From a virus: a DNA stretch of 64,000 nucleotides. The stretch spans positions 7,676 to 71,675 of IMG/VR virus record IMGVR_UViG_3300047157_000063; one strand, 5' to 3'. The notes beneath the pieces were generated by a model. The model saw only the letters and a list, made by a program, of their open reading frames with translations, did not search any database and was not told where the DNA came from. Shown here piece by piece: positions 21,164 through 33,059 of the stretch (the stretch's first letter is position 1; each line of letters starts with the position of its first letter). The position numbers and the translations under genes are program-made.

Positions 21164-24100
21164 TATTTAATTTGTTTTTTAAGTTCTTCTACTTCTGCTT
21201 TTAAATCTTTAATAGCTTCAATTAAATAACCTGTTATGTTGCCATATGCTACAGCTTTGTATTCATTATCATTGCTAACTAACTCAGGTGCTATTTTTTC
21301 TAATTCTTGAGCTATAACACCACTACCTTCTCTATCGTCTTTAATAAAACTAACACCTCTCATGTTGTAAACTTTAGAACCATCTAATGTTTTAATGTTT
21401 GTTTTTAATCTTTTGTCTGAGTAAGCTACAACATCCGCGGTTGATGTTATTGTCCCATAAAAAGTTGTAGTATTATCAGCATTAAATCTTGCACACTCAC
21501 TATTATTAGTACCTGTCAATATTTTTAAAGGTAGATTACTATCACTATCTGTGCTTATGTACGGGTGATTAGAACTGTCAACACCTATTCGTAGTCTTTC
21601 CATAGTACCATCCATCTTGAATGATAAAAACGGAACATCTGACTCTGTGGCATTATCTGTGTCAGCATTTATAGTTAAACCTACCGAAGTTACTGCGTTA
21701 ATCACCACACCACTGTTAGGTGTTACTTGCATTGTAGTATACGCAGCATTTGTTTGAAAGTAATACTCATTTGATTGGAATACTAAAGCGCCTGAACCAC
21801 CTGTTTCTTTTATATATGAATTACTAGCAGAGTCTGAATATATTTCTAATCCACTACCGCTACTGCCAAAGTTTATTTTATCAGCATAACCGTAAGGTAA
21901 CGTTTCCATCAAACGTCAACAGCGCCACTAGAGTTAACATTTAATATCGGAACACCAGATATATCAGACACAGAAAATAAATCACCAGATAAGACTATCT
22001 GTTACCGAAAACAATTGCCCTAACGTACCTTTAATATCAATACCACCATCTTTATCAATAACCATTCTATCGTTGTTATTAACTTTCCATTTAAAATCAC
22101 CTGAATTAGCTGATAGGTTAAAACCATATCCACTTGAATCCCAGTATTGCTGATGTTTTATAGTTCCGTTAGCTTTATTTATAAGCGCACCTGATAAATC
22201 ATTTCTTGCTGAATTAACAGATAGATTATAGGTATTTGCTGATATACTTGTTGGTAAAACATCACCTATTACCTACATCACCAGCCGCATTTACATTTAC
22301 ACCTTTATTAATACTCCCGTCCATACTAAAGTTAACTACATCAGTACTATCGTTATATCCAACAAAACCCTTAAAAGTACCACCTTGTCTAAAATGCAAA
22401 CCTGCATGGCTACCATCCGCGGGATTTATCCAAATAGAACTACTGTTAACATCTAAATGAGCTCCAGGGTCCGATTGGTTAATCCCAACATAACCGTTTC
22501 CATCAATTGTAAGTCTTCTTGCAGGAGCTGCACCGGAGGAACTTGAATTAGTAAAAAATTCCAATCTTCCAGGCATAACTCCTGCTGAAGGTGTTCCATC
22601 AACATCAGCACCAATTTCAGCTATTCTTTTATAATTAGCACCATCATAACCATAAAAACCAACTAAACCTACAGTTTCCTCTGCTTGTACTATTGTTGGT
22701 AATGCACCTGTCCCACTAGATTTTCCAATACCTAAAAATGAGAAGTTTCCTGCAGTACTATTATGAGACATAATTTGAGCAGAAGCAAAAGTATTATTTT
22801 CAACATTTAAATCACCTGTTCCGTAATTAGTATTAGAAGCGGGAGCTGTTGTACCAATGTTAACTTCACCAGTATCTTTTATAAATACATACCCACTGTT
22901 GTTGTCATTTCCTAGTTTTAATCCAGCTGATGATCTTGCTTGTATATTGTTTATATACAAAGCCTTGTTGTTGGCCCCAAAAACATCACCGAAGAAAGTT
23001 GCGTTACCACCAGATGTTATGTTTAAAACCTCACCCATGCTAGTGCTATTACCAGTGTTAGCTAGTTTTAAAGAAAAGTTACCGTAGCCATGAGCTGAAC
23101 CACCACCGTCTGTGTTTGGACCAGGTGTTACTAAATCTATTTTCATGTAGTCTTTATTAAGACCACCATAGTCATTAACGGTTCTACTACTATTTAATGA
23201 CATTACATTATAAGTAGAATTTGATACTACATTTTTTCTTGACCTTATAATACCATCCGTATGAGTTGCTCCGTTAAAAGCTGCAGTTCCTTCTACTTGA
23301 AGTAACTCACCACCATCAGCTGAACCACCTACGATTAGGTTTCCACCTTTTATATAGGAAACTCCAGAGGAATTAAGTACTACATTCGCAGTTCCACCAG
23401 CAGCAGCCATGTATAACGACATGTGATTATTACTATCTTGATAAAATTTAGCAAAACCGCTACCTGTACTCGGTAAAAAGTTTGCGGCATAAGCATTACC
23501 AGCTGGTGAATAAGCTGTTATCACGCTAGAAGATATTGAGCCATCGTAACCTACCTGGAATGGTCTCCAACCAGATGTATTAGATCCAGTACCTGCGGCA
23601 AGAGACATAATCTTACCTGTTATAGTTTTTTCTATTTGTTTACTATCACCGGTTGGTAATGTATTTACGTTTGTGAAGTTTACAAGAGCTGCAGATGTAG
23701 AACCAGCTGGAAGTATTGTTACTTCAACGTAATCTTCACCACCACCTTTTATATCTACAAAAGCTTTACCTGTTGTCGTGTTTCTTACAACTCTTATATC
23801 TGTTATGAAGTTTGGATAACTACTATGAAGTATTGACAATGTGGCATTAGCATTTGACCAAGCTGTATTAACTATAGCCTCAACTCTAGATGGTGTGCCA
23901 GTACCACCACCTGTTTGTATCAAGAAATGACATTTACCTCTACCAGTACCACCTGTTATTTCAATTATTCTATGCCAACCATTACTTGCATTCCATGATT
24001 CTCCTCCGGCGTTACTATTAATAGTTTCTTTATAAAAATTATTATCAGCTGTGACTTGTAACCCTACAGTATTTAAAGTACCAGCAACTGTTGTGTTTCC

Positions 24101-25909
24101 CGTACCTCCATCAACACCAAAAGTTTTTCCACTACCACCAGTTGTTGAATAAATTGCAAAAGCATTAGTTCCACCTGAGTCTATTCTGATTCCATAATCA
24201 GCGTTGCTATCTTTTCTAATATAAGCACCCCAATCATTGCCATCATTCATTATTTTTAATCCAGCATCATTGCCATTTCCGTCATTACCAGTATAATCTA
24301 TTAATATACTATTTGTTAAAGCGCTAGTGATATTGATGCTAGGTGTTGATATACTTCCTACAAAAGCAACTGATTTATCGGAACCAGTAACTGTTTGATA
24401 AGTTCCTATTGCACCACCATCTCTTACTTTAAAATCAACAATTGCATTACTAGAATCAGATTGATCTGCGATTCCAAGTTCTATTACAAAACCTTCTCTA
24501 CCAGATAATGCTACACTGCTTTCAGAGATACCCATTGCAAACCTTATTTTCTCGTTTGTACCAGTACCCGCGCCATAGGTTTTCTGGTTCATTAACCTAA
24601 GAGCTGTGAAAGGTCCATCAACTACGTCAGCAATATGAGTTTCTTTTGTAAAATATCCACTAGTAGCGCTTACTGAACCTGCAAAAGTTGCTGTTGTGCC
24701 ATTAGTAGTTCCGTCTAATGATAAAGCATTTAAAACACTACCACCAGTAGATTTTACATTAAAGTTTAATTTTGTTCTTGTAGCACTACTAGTTGTTCTA
24801 TGTTCTATACCGCCCCACTCTTGATGCGTACCACCGTAGTCTACTGTAAATTGAAGATGTTGTAATAAAGTATCAGTGCCGGGATTATTGCCATCACGTA
24901 GCATTGTAATAGCAGGTGAACCATTTTGTTTTGTTAAATTAAAACTTCCCCCATTTACTGCAACGTCTGCTGCAAAAGTTGCATCACCAACCTCTCTATC
25001 TAAGGTTAACGCAAACGCACCTAATCCGTAAGCATAAAACCTTAAATCACCTGTGGCAGCATGGTTAACTATTTGCCAATCATTTTGCCCAGAACCTCCT
25101 GTTGGTTTTGACCTAAAAACAATACCACCGTCTTTGCTTTGTCTTTTATGTATCGAAAGATATTCATTGCTATCAGCGTAAGACGGATTAACTAACATTG
25201 CTAGAGCTGAAACATCACCTGTAAAATTAGCGTTTTGTGAAGAATCTATTGAAAGAGCTTGTATATGCGCATTTGCACTAGAGCCGCTTGATCCCGTAGG
25301 AGAGGTGTAAAATTTAATTGAACCACCCGCTGCTGTGCCTGTACTACGACCACCATAGAATTGCATTTCACCACCACCTATATTAGTTCCAGCACCATAA
25401 GGAGCGAAAATAATCGCGGTACCAGGAGATGCTGTACCATGTCCTTCAGCAAACCCTAATTCTGAATCATGAATATTTACACCGTTAGCTGTTGTTTCAA
25501 ACTTTTTACTTCCGTTATAGTAGAGTTGTACAGCTCCACCAAGAAGAAATCTAGCAATAGACGAACTAAAATCTGCGTTAGCTATACTCACCCCGTTTTG
25601 ACTGACAGGTATGTTTAACCAACCTGTGTTATTGTCTATATAACTATTTGAACCATCATGATATATTTGAAGATCATTAGAGTCACCAAAATTTAATTTA
25701 TTGTTATCAGGTAAATAACCATCAAAAGTTATAGCTCCAGTTGAATTTATGTTTAATATAGGTATACCAGATACGTCTGAAACAGAAAACAAGTCTCCTG
25801 TGAGACTATCTGTTACAGAAAATAACTGTCCTTGAGTTCCTTGAATATCAAGAACCGTGTTTGATCCGTCTACTATGAGACCTTTTTTTACTTTAAATTC
25901 ATTTGCCAT
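21163..25909 (-). CDS. Long tail fibre with C-terminal intramolecular chaperone (peptidase S74); frameshifted near 22270, 21975 and 21905
   Basis: ORF 22262-25909 (repeated ATFAG/ANFTGD units) continues by frameshift into 21163-21912, which has YSDKRLKTNI...GVIAQELEKIAPELV...VAYGNITGYLIEAIKDL. Confidence 0.8.
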
Positions 25910-25930
25910 AATTACCTTTCATTTTCCGGG

Positions 25931-27172
25931 TTATATATTAAATCTGTTTTTTAACGAGTTAAAATTTTCTTTTATTTCTGTTGCTGTTAATGTTCTATCA
26001 TATACTTTTACTACAGGTATGTCGCCTGGGAATTCATGATTACTAGGGCCTTTACCTATTAAAAAACTAGTTGTATTAGCTTCTGGTTTGTAAAGTTGAC
26101 TAACTGACGCAACCTCAACTCCATTTTCATATAATTTAATTGTGCTTGTATCTAAAGTGGCAGCTATATGAACAAAAACATCTTCCGCAACATCATTTCT
26201 ACTAGCTACTCTAGTTGAACTACCATTACGTAGTGCAAAGCCCCAAGACTTATCACTTCCACTAGGCCAACCTCTAAATCCGAATAAAGACCAACCAGCA
26301 GTGTCCCAACCAGCAGATCCACCTTTACTTACTATATTTGGGTATTGATCACCACTAGTCCAACTGTTTGGAAACTTTACAACGGCTTCAACAGTTAGAA
26401 TACCATCAGTAAAATCAAAATCTTCATCATCTCCTAAACTTATATAATCATCCGTGCCATCAAAAGCTAATTGACCAGTTGAGTCAAAAGAAACATTAGA
26501 TAAGTCTATGTTTTTTGTTCTTTTTAAATCTATCAAACCAGCTGTAGCTGATCTTGTTCCGTTTACAAAAGGCGTTGCGTGAGATTTTTTCTCTATTTGA
26601 ACATTTGAAACTTTTATAAAAGAATTTGTATTGTTTGTACCGCTATTATACCATACTGTAAAACCAATAATACCGTTAGGCTGGTTAGCTGTACCAGTAT
26701 TTCCAATAGTACCACTCCAACTTATACGCTCTGTATTTTTTGTGGTTTTATAATATCTTTCACTACTAGCTGAATAACCTAGATAAGTAGCGGTAGTTGT
26801 TCCACTGCCCCCACTGTTAGCTTGACCCATCATAACCCAAGCTAAATCACCCGGACTATCATCTGGAATTTCTATAGTTGCCGATATAGTTACGGCAGAG
26901 CCAGTGTGTGCTCTCATATCCCACATAAAAGATCTCCAACCTGCACCATCTGTATGAAAACTATTAACGTTTAGTTGAAACGATTTTGTAGTTGAATCTA
27001 TTAAACTGAAACTACCAGTCCAACCGGCTCCTAAAATACTAGAGTCTGTTACGTAATTAGTTGTTGGCTCACCTGGATAAAATCTAGTATTTGTGTGATT
27101 GTTAGCCACACCATAACCAGTGTCATAGCCATATATTAAACCATAGTTTGTTGTTTTCGGTCCTGTGTACAT
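25931..27172 (-). CDS. LamG/concanavalin A-like lectin domain adhesin (two domains)
   Basis: FDGTDDYI, HIAATLD...KLYENG, FPGDIPVVKVYDRTLTATEI. Confidence 0.75.
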   Translation of the reverse strand: MYTGPKTTNYGLIYGYDTGYGVANNHTNTRFYPGEPTTNYVTDSSILGAGWTGSFSLIDSTTKSFQLNVNSFHTDGAGWRSFMWDMRAHTGSAVTISATIEIPDDSPGDLAWVMMGQANSGGSGTTTATYLGYSASSERYYKTTKNTERISWSGTIGNTGTANQPNGIIGFTVWYNSGTNNTNSFIKVSNVQIEKKSHATPFVNGTRSATAGLIDLKRTKNIDLSNVSFDSTGQLAFDGTDDYISLGDDEDFDFTDGILTVEAVVKFPNSWTSGDQYPNIVSKGGSAGWDTAGWSLFGFRGWPSGSDKSWGFALRNGSSTRVASRNDVAEDVFVHIAATLDTSTIKLYENGVEVASVSQLYKPEANTTSFLIGKGPSNHEFPGDIPVVKVYDRTLTATEIKENFNSLKNRFNI

Positions 27173-27879
27173 TATATATTAAATCTATTTTTATAAGCGT
27201 TGTAGTTTTGTAAAACTTCAGCCGCACTTAATTCTTTATTATAACAACTAACAGCGTATATTTGACCATCAAAATCCATATCAGATCTACTTAGTTGCCA
27301 GTTACCAATTCTAAATTTATCAGCAACTAAAGCTCCAACGGTATCTACCGAGTATGCTGTTGTTGCTTGAGCCACACCGTTTAAATATATTTTATGAGCA
27401 GTTGTTTGGTGGTCGTCCCATGATGATATTGTCCATGTTACCATGTGTATTTGATTTGATCCATGTGCTGAAGTTAAGTGGCGACCTCCTGGAGACCAGT
27501 GATCAGTTGCAAATTTACCACCATATGAAATAAAAGCCATAGAGTCATAACCATCTTGCTCGTGTTGTGTTAGTATTCCTTTATAACTACCTGTTGAGTT
27601 TTCGTTAACTATAGCGCTAACACTAATAGCGAAGTTATCACCACTAAAAGGGGAAGTTATAACACTCTCCATATAGTGACCCTGACCACTAGTAAAATCC
27701 ATACAGTTTATACCACTTACACTAATGAAATCTGGTGCATCTGATGATGTAAAATTATACCCATTATCCGTTAAATCATAAAGAGTAGTTCCACTTCCTG
27801 GATATGATCTTTTAGAGCTCATATCAACAGCAAAGACTAATCCATCTGTTACGTAATTTGGTCCTAATTTTGTTGCCAT
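27172..27879 (-). CDS. LamG/concanavalin A-like lectin domain protein
   Basis: VTDGLVFAVD...SYPGSGTTLYDL...KIYLNG...FDGQIYAVSCYNKELSAAEVLQNYNA. Confidence 0.75.
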   Translation of the reverse strand: MATKLGPNYVTDGLVFAVDMSSKRSYPGSGTTLYDLTDNGYNFTSSDAPDFISVSGINCMDFTSGQGHYMESVITSPFSGDNFAISVSAIVNENSTGSYKGILTQHEQDGYDSMAFISYGGKFATDHWSPGGRHLTSAHGSNQIHMVTWTISSWDDHQTTAHKIYLNGVAQATTAYSVDTVGALVADKFRIGNWQLSRSDMDFDGQIYAVSCYNKELSAAEVLQNYNAYKNRFNI

Positions 27880-27882
27880 TTA

Positions 27883-28212
27883 TTATTTATTTTCGTTTTT
27901 AGTCCATGCTTCTGTAGCTAGTAAAGCTAAAATATCTTCATGGTTATACTCTGTGTAGTCTGTGCTATACATATCTGGTCTACCATAAGTACCAGCTTTT
28001 TGAGTAATTGTTTTTTCCTCACCTGTATCTAACTCAGAATAAGTCTCAACAATATCTTTCTCTATAATAGTTACTTCATATTTTACAAAAGTTTTAGCTC
28101 CATCTACCGACTTTCTTAAAGATTCTTTATTTGGTTCTAAAACCTGATCAAAGTTTATATCATCTATTTTATCAGTTGGTATTACCAACCACCTTCTGTT
28201 TTCAAATCTCAT
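27883..28212 (-). CDS. Conserved hypothetical protein in the LamG cluster
   Basis: 109 aa with INFDQVLE...LRKSVDGAKTFVKY...YNHEDILALL...W. Confidence 0.6.
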   Translation of the reverse strand: MRFENRRWLVIPTDKIDDINFDQVLEPNKESLRKSVDGAKTFVKYEVTIIEKDIVETYSELDTGEEKTITQKAGTYGRPDMYSTDYTEYNHEDILALLATEAWTKNENK

Positions 28213-28215
28213 AAT

Positions 28216-29400
28216 TTATAAATTAAATCTGTTTTTGTATGCGTTGTAATTTTGTTTTATTTCGCTAGCAGTTAACACTCTATCATGTATTTTTACTACA
28301 GGTATATCACCATACAGTTGCCTACCATCTCCCTGTCCTATTGTAACTGTACTTGTATTATTATAAATAGTACCGCTATTGCTTGTACTAGTTTGTGTTG
28401 GTGTTCCGTTTTGATAAAATATACTTTCACCGGGTTTTCTCGTGTAAACTAAGTGGTAGTATTTATTAGAGGTCATCGTATTACCTGTGACTGTATTAAC
28501 ATGCGTGGTTGATGAGGTATTACCCGTGCTAAAAGTTCCATAAGGTACACTACTATCACTAATACGAATACCGTAAACAGCACCACCGCTGTAAGCTCCG
28601 TCTTTTTGAACTACTACATGATAACCATTACCATCAATAGGAGCTCCGTTTATCTTAACAACAGCTTCCACAGTTACATCAGCTACTTTGTTCCAACTAC
28701 TAGCAGGTAGTTGTATTTCATCATTTGTACCATCAAACGTTGGTTGACCGTTTGAATCAAAAGAAACGTTGGCTAAACTTACGTCTGTTGTTCTTCTTAA
28801 ATCTATTAAACTAGTAGTGTTTGATCTAGATCCGTTTACAAAAGGTGTGTGATCATTTTGTTTTTCTATTTGAGGCATTGTAACATCCCAAGAGCTTGAA
28901 TCACCATTTGCTTGACTACCACCGTAAGATATTAGATAAAACATTGTTGATGTAGATGTTACATTAACGGTTTTTGATACACGCTGCCACTCACCTATTA
29001 TTGACTTGTCTAGCGTAGTAGCTGTATCTGAACCCCCATAACTACTTACATAAACCGCCGCGCCATTATTATTGCTTGCTCCACCTCTATATCTAAACCA
29101 AGCAGAATAAGTATATGTTCCTGTGGTACCTACATTAAAAGCAGCATACATTCCGTTCCATGACGTTCTGTTATTTATTTTCATACCGAGAGTTCCAAAT
29201 TCAGTTGTAAATGCACCGTCATTTCCATTACTATAACTAGTCCAATTGTTTAGATCACTATTTGCAAAATTTATTAAATTTGTTGTTGGTTTACCTTGGT
29301 AAAATCTTGTTGATGTATTTTTGTCAGCAACACCATAACCAGTATCGTAACCCCACACTAAACCATCTGTTATTATATTTAATCCCCTTGTTATTCCCAT
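28216..29400 (-). CDS. LamG/concanavalin A-like lectin domain adhesin (paralogue of 25931-27172)
   Basis: Shares GYDTGYGVA...TRFY, QIEK...TPFVNG.RS and GDIPVVK..DR.LTA.EIK.N blocks with 25931-27172. Confidence 0.75.
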   Translation of the reverse strand: MGITRGLNIITDGLVWGYDTGYGVADKNTSTRFYQGKPTTNLINFANSDLNNWTSYSNGNDGAFTTEFGTLGMKINNRTSWNGMYAAFNVGTTGTYTYSAWFRYRGGASNNNGAAVYVSSYGGSDTATTLDKSIIGEWQRVSKTVNVTSTSTMFYLISYGGSQANGDSSSWDVTMPQIEKQNDHTPFVNGSRSNTTSLIDLRRTTDVSLANVSFDSNGQPTFDGTNDEIQLPASSWNKVADVTVEAVVKINGAPIDGNGYHVVVQKDGAYSGGAVYGIRISDSSVPYGTFSTGNTSSTTHVNTVTGNTMTSNKYYHLVYTRKPGESIFYQNGTPTQTSTSNSGTIYNNTSTVTIGQGDGRQLYGDIPVVKIHDRVLTASEIKQNYNAYKNRFNL

Positions 29401-32400
29401 TATATTGCTCTTATTATGGCTTTAATATTCCAAGTACTTGACGTTGTAGTTGCTCTTAGTCTAAAATTAGACGATGAATAATCTACAGCTAAAGTTACAT
29501 CTGATGTATCTCCTAAATCTGTAGTTGATGTCTCAGTAAAAGATACACTTGTTCCATCACTACAAGCGACTACAGTACCTGCTCTAATATTGCTACTTTT
29601 GTAAATAACGTAATCAAAAAATACAGCTGCGTAAGTAGTTCCACTTACACTAGCAACAGTTGTTGTTGTAGTAGCGGATGTTACAGAAGCGTTATCTATT
29701 AAAGCATTTTTTACTTGTACGTTACTACCAAAAGTTACTTTACCAGTATTATCTATTTTTATATCTTCATTGTATGCTGAATTATAAGAATTACCAATAT
29801 ATAAATAATCGTTTGTACTATTCCATTTTATAAATCCACCATCTCCGCCAGATAAAGTATCTCCTATCCATATTTCCGCCGACGCGTTTATAACTTGTAA
29901 ATATCCATCTGTTCTTACTGTACCCCCAAAAGTTGCAGTTCCAGACGCGTTAACAGTTCCTATCGTTGTTAAATCATATACTGCCTCTGAAGCGGATGTG
30001 TTAATAGTAGCTAAAGTCAACCAACCATCACCTGCTTTATTTAAAAAGCGAATTTTATCTGTTAGATAAATAGAATTAGTGAATACACCACTTGCAACTT
30101 TTAAAGAATCTGTTAAATCCCAAGTGTCATCTGCATCGTCAAATATTAAACTTGCTTGTGTTACACCATCGCCTCTATAAATAGATATACCAGATGTAGC
30201 AGCTGTTGCTGTATCTGCGTTACCACTTGTTCCCTGTGTTGTGTTAAGTTGTAATATATTATCTTCAACTTCTACTGTTTCAGTGTTTAAAGTTGTTGTT
30301 GTACCACCAACAGTTAAATTACCTATAACATCTAAATCACCACCAATACGCACACTACCCCCATCAAACCAACTTAATCCAGCTGAATCTATACGAACTT
30401 TTTCTACATTGTTATTAGTACCGTCTGAACTCATTAATGAGAATAGACCTTTATCTAAGTTTGCACCAGTACCTCTAGAAATAATACGAGCTATAGTGTA
30501 ATCATTTGATCTAACTAAAAACTTATCGCCATCATCTGATTGTACCCTCATTGACCCTTTGAAAGTAGCTACATTATTTCGGTTAAATTCTAATACAGTT
30601 GTATCAGGTGTATCATCAGCGGCATCTGACATTCTTAATTCAAACTTACCATAAGAACCTTGCTCACCTATAAACGACCATGATCTACTAGTGGATTGAC
30701 CAGATGTATGAGGCCAAAGTAATTGATGAACAGAATTATTAAAATAAAGACTTCCAGTTAAAGGTTTTGTAGATCCTGCAGATATAGGTAAAAATGGTCC
30801 ACCAGTTACAGGTGATCCACCATTAATAGTATCTACCCAAAGATTAGCCCATCTTGCATCAGTTTTTCCTATATCTGAAGAACTATCAGTATTAGTAAGT
30901 ATATCACCCGTAAAAGTTGCATTTCTAGATGAATCTAAGAAAAGAGCACGAGAGTTATCACTTCCTGTTATAGAACCAGTGAGAAAATCTATTTGTGTAG
31001 AAACAATATCTAAATCATGATTTTGAGCTGTGTTACCATTATGAGCCATGATTCTACTGGTACCACCAACAGTGGCTTGTATTTTTACTTGATGATTACT
31101 ACTTGCGTCCCTAACAGAGAGCATACCTTTAGTTTCTAAATTAGCCGCAAAAGTTGCATTTTGATCTTTGTCTAAAGTTAAAGCCACAGCTGTACTTACA
31201 CTTCCACTACTATATTTACCAGTGTGAAAACTTAAATCAATGCCTCTATTACCAGAACCATCCCATAAACCATCTGAAGTAGCAAGTATTTTACCGTAAA
31301 CACCAGTTACAGCATTATTAGCACTATCATCTATTCCTTTAAAATGTATCGCACCAAGTATGTCATTGTTATCAACAGTAGCCGGACTATCTTGATTTGA
31401 ATCATATTGAAGAGTTAACACAGCATTTCCAGGAGCGTGTGAGTCTATCGTTATACTATTACTTTCAATATATCCTGTAAATAAACTACCGGTCATTGTA
31501 CCACCGGCTAGTGGTAAGAAAGGGCCACCTGTAAAAACATCAGTGCTTATTTCTCTTTTCTTTATTTGATCACTTGCAGACGTGATTTGTTTTACTGATA
31601 CATTGTCCACTGTAAACTCAGCGTCACCCACCGCGTATAAGTAAAAAACAGTATTAGTTACACTTGATGTTACCGTATAGACATATTTACCATTTGCACT
31701 TATTTGGGAAATAACTTGACTACCACCAAATTGCGGTTGTAAACTACCCGAAGTATAATCACTAACTTCTAAACTTACTTTATAAACATTTCCGCTTACT
31801 ACACTAATAGATTGCGTTAATCCTACAGTTGAAGCAGTATCAACAGAAGCTTTGCCGCTAGAGATTGTCCAACCACTACCAACACCCCAACCAGTACTAG
31901 CACTAAAATCACCATTTGTTATTAAGTTTGAACCTAAAATTTCATCAGCAACTAATACGGAAACTGAAGTTGAATTAAACGGTATATCAGAGACACTTAA
32001 GCTACCAGCAAAACTCGCGTCACTATTATCTAAAATATTAAGCGAAGCAGTACCACCGGTATTAATTTGTAAACCACCTAGTGTTGTATTTCTTTCTATA
32101 GAATTATAACCAATATTGCTATTTATAAAATCAATTGCTTGACCAGACGCCATTCTAAAACCTGTGCCAGCGTTTACATATTTATTAAAAGTTGCGCCTC
32201 TAGTTCCAGATACAAAATTAAAACCACCAGCACCACTTGAACCTGTAATTACTAAGTCCTTAGCTGTGTCTAATTGAAACTGAAAAGTTTGAGCGCGTGT
32301 AGAATTAGTGTTTCTTAAAAAGAATAAATCCGCTGTGCCGTTATCACCACCGTCTTCTGAAATTTCTAGCTTGTAACCTGGATTATCTGTTCCTATACCA

Positions 32401-32999
32401 ACCCTACCTTCGTGGGTAAATCTAACTCTTTCAATTAAAGCACCAGAAGCTGTTCCGTTTCCAAAGTCAATAGTAATATCCCCTGATGTACTAGCGGAAA
32501 CTGAATCCATTACACCGAATATACCACCAATTGAATATTCATTATAACCTCCAAATTGCAATCCGTATTTTTCATTAACGGCATTACCGGTACCATTTAA
32601 AAATAAACCGGTATGGTTGTCTGTAGAGCTATTAGTTATTTTTGTGGGTTGATTTGTGTTGCTAGGATCCCCTTTTATTGTTAGTTTTGATTCAGGGTTA
32701 ACAGTACCGATACCAATTCTACCATCAGATTTAATGGTCATTTTTGTACTTGGAGTAGTGGCTGTTGTTACGTGAGTAGTTAAAAATTGTAGATCAGATG
32801 AACCATTATCTAACGCAGATCTTACACCTGCTATTTTAGCGTTATAGTTAACTGTGCTTGCTGAAGTAGACGATCCAAAAATAATTTCACTACCACCACC
32901 AGGCGTGTTTGATCCACCAGTATATAAAAATATAGAATCTGAAGGCGCACTAGCAAAAGCTGTGTTAATTTTTATGCCTGAAAGAAATGGTATCGCCAT
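29400..32999 (-). CDS. Tail fibre protein
   Basis: 1199 aa, G/S/T-rich, with GRIGIGT.NP repeats, two GGPFLP..G..TGSL units and an LITNGDFS carbohydrate-binding-like segment. Confidence 0.75.
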   Translation of the reverse strand: MAIPFLSGIKINTAFASAPSDSIFLYTGGSNTPGGGSEIIFGSSTSASTVNYNAKIAGVRSALDNGSSDLQFLTTHVTTATTPSTKMTIKSDGRIGIGTVNPESKLTIKGDPSNTNQPTKITNSSTDNHTGLFLNGTGNAVNEKYGLQFGGYNEYSIGGIFGVMDSVSASTSGDITIDFGNGTASGALIERVRFTHEGRVGIGTDNPGYKLEISEDGGDNGTADLFFLRNTNSTRAQTFQFQLDTAKDLVITGSSGAGGFNFVSGTRGATFNKYVNAGTGFRMASGQAIDFINSNIGYNSIERNTTLGGLQINTGGTASLNILDNSDASFAGSLSVSDIPFNSTSVSVLVADEILGSNLITNGDFSASTGWGVGSGWTISSGKASVDTASTVGLTQSISVVSGNVYKVSLEVSDYTSGSLQPQFGGSQVISQISANGKYVYTVTSSVTNTVFYLYAVGDAEFTVDNVSVKQITSASDQIKKREISTDVFTGGPFLPLAGGTMTGSLFTGYIESNSITIDSHAPGNAVLTLQYDSNQDSPATVDNNDILGAIHFKGIDDSANNAVTGVYGKILATSDGLWDGSGNRGIDLSFHTGKYSSGSVSTAVALTLDKDQNATFAANLETKGMLSVRDASSNHQVKIQATVGGTSRIMAHNGNTAQNHDLDIVSTQIDFLTGSITGSDNSRALFLDSSRNATFTGDILTNTDSSSDIGKTDARWANLWVDTINGGSPVTGGPFLPISAGSTKPLTGSLYFNNSVHQLLWPHTSGQSTSRSWSFIGEQGSYGKFELRMSDAADDTPDTTVLEFNRNNVATFKGSMRVQSDDGDKFLVRSNDYTIARIISRGTGANLDKGLFSLMSSDGTNNNVEKVRIDSAGLSWFDGGSVRIGGDLDVIGNLTVGGTTTTLNTETVEVEDNILQLNTTQGTSGNADTATAATSGISIYRGDGVTQASLIFDDADDTWDLTDSLKVASGVFTNSIYLTDKIRFLNKAGDGWLTLATINTSASEAVYDLTTIGTVNASGTATFGGTVRTDGYLQVINASAEIWIGDTLSGGDGGFIKWNSTNDYLYIGNSYNSAYNEDIKIDNTGKVTFGSNVQVKNALIDNASVTSATTTTTVASVSGTTYAAVFFDYVIYKSSNIRAGTVVACSDGTSVSFTETSTTDLGDTSDVTLAVDYSSSNFRLRATTTSSTWNIKAIIRAI

Positions 33000-33018
33000 A
33001 TTAGTTTATTTGAATAGT

Positions 33019-33044
33019 AAAAAGACGGTACTCACGCACCGTCT
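33019..33044 (-). terminator. Rho-independent terminator
   Basis: Minus strand GACGGTGC-GTGA-GTACCGTC-TTTTT (GNRA loop), between two fibre genes. Confidence 0.7.
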
Positions 33045-33059
33045 ATATTTTTTATTTTA

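Noticed and set aside
25931-29400. Diversity-generating retroelement acting on the LamG genes
   Set aside because: No reverse transcriptase in the window, and paralogue differences are not adenine-specific template/variable repeat pairs.
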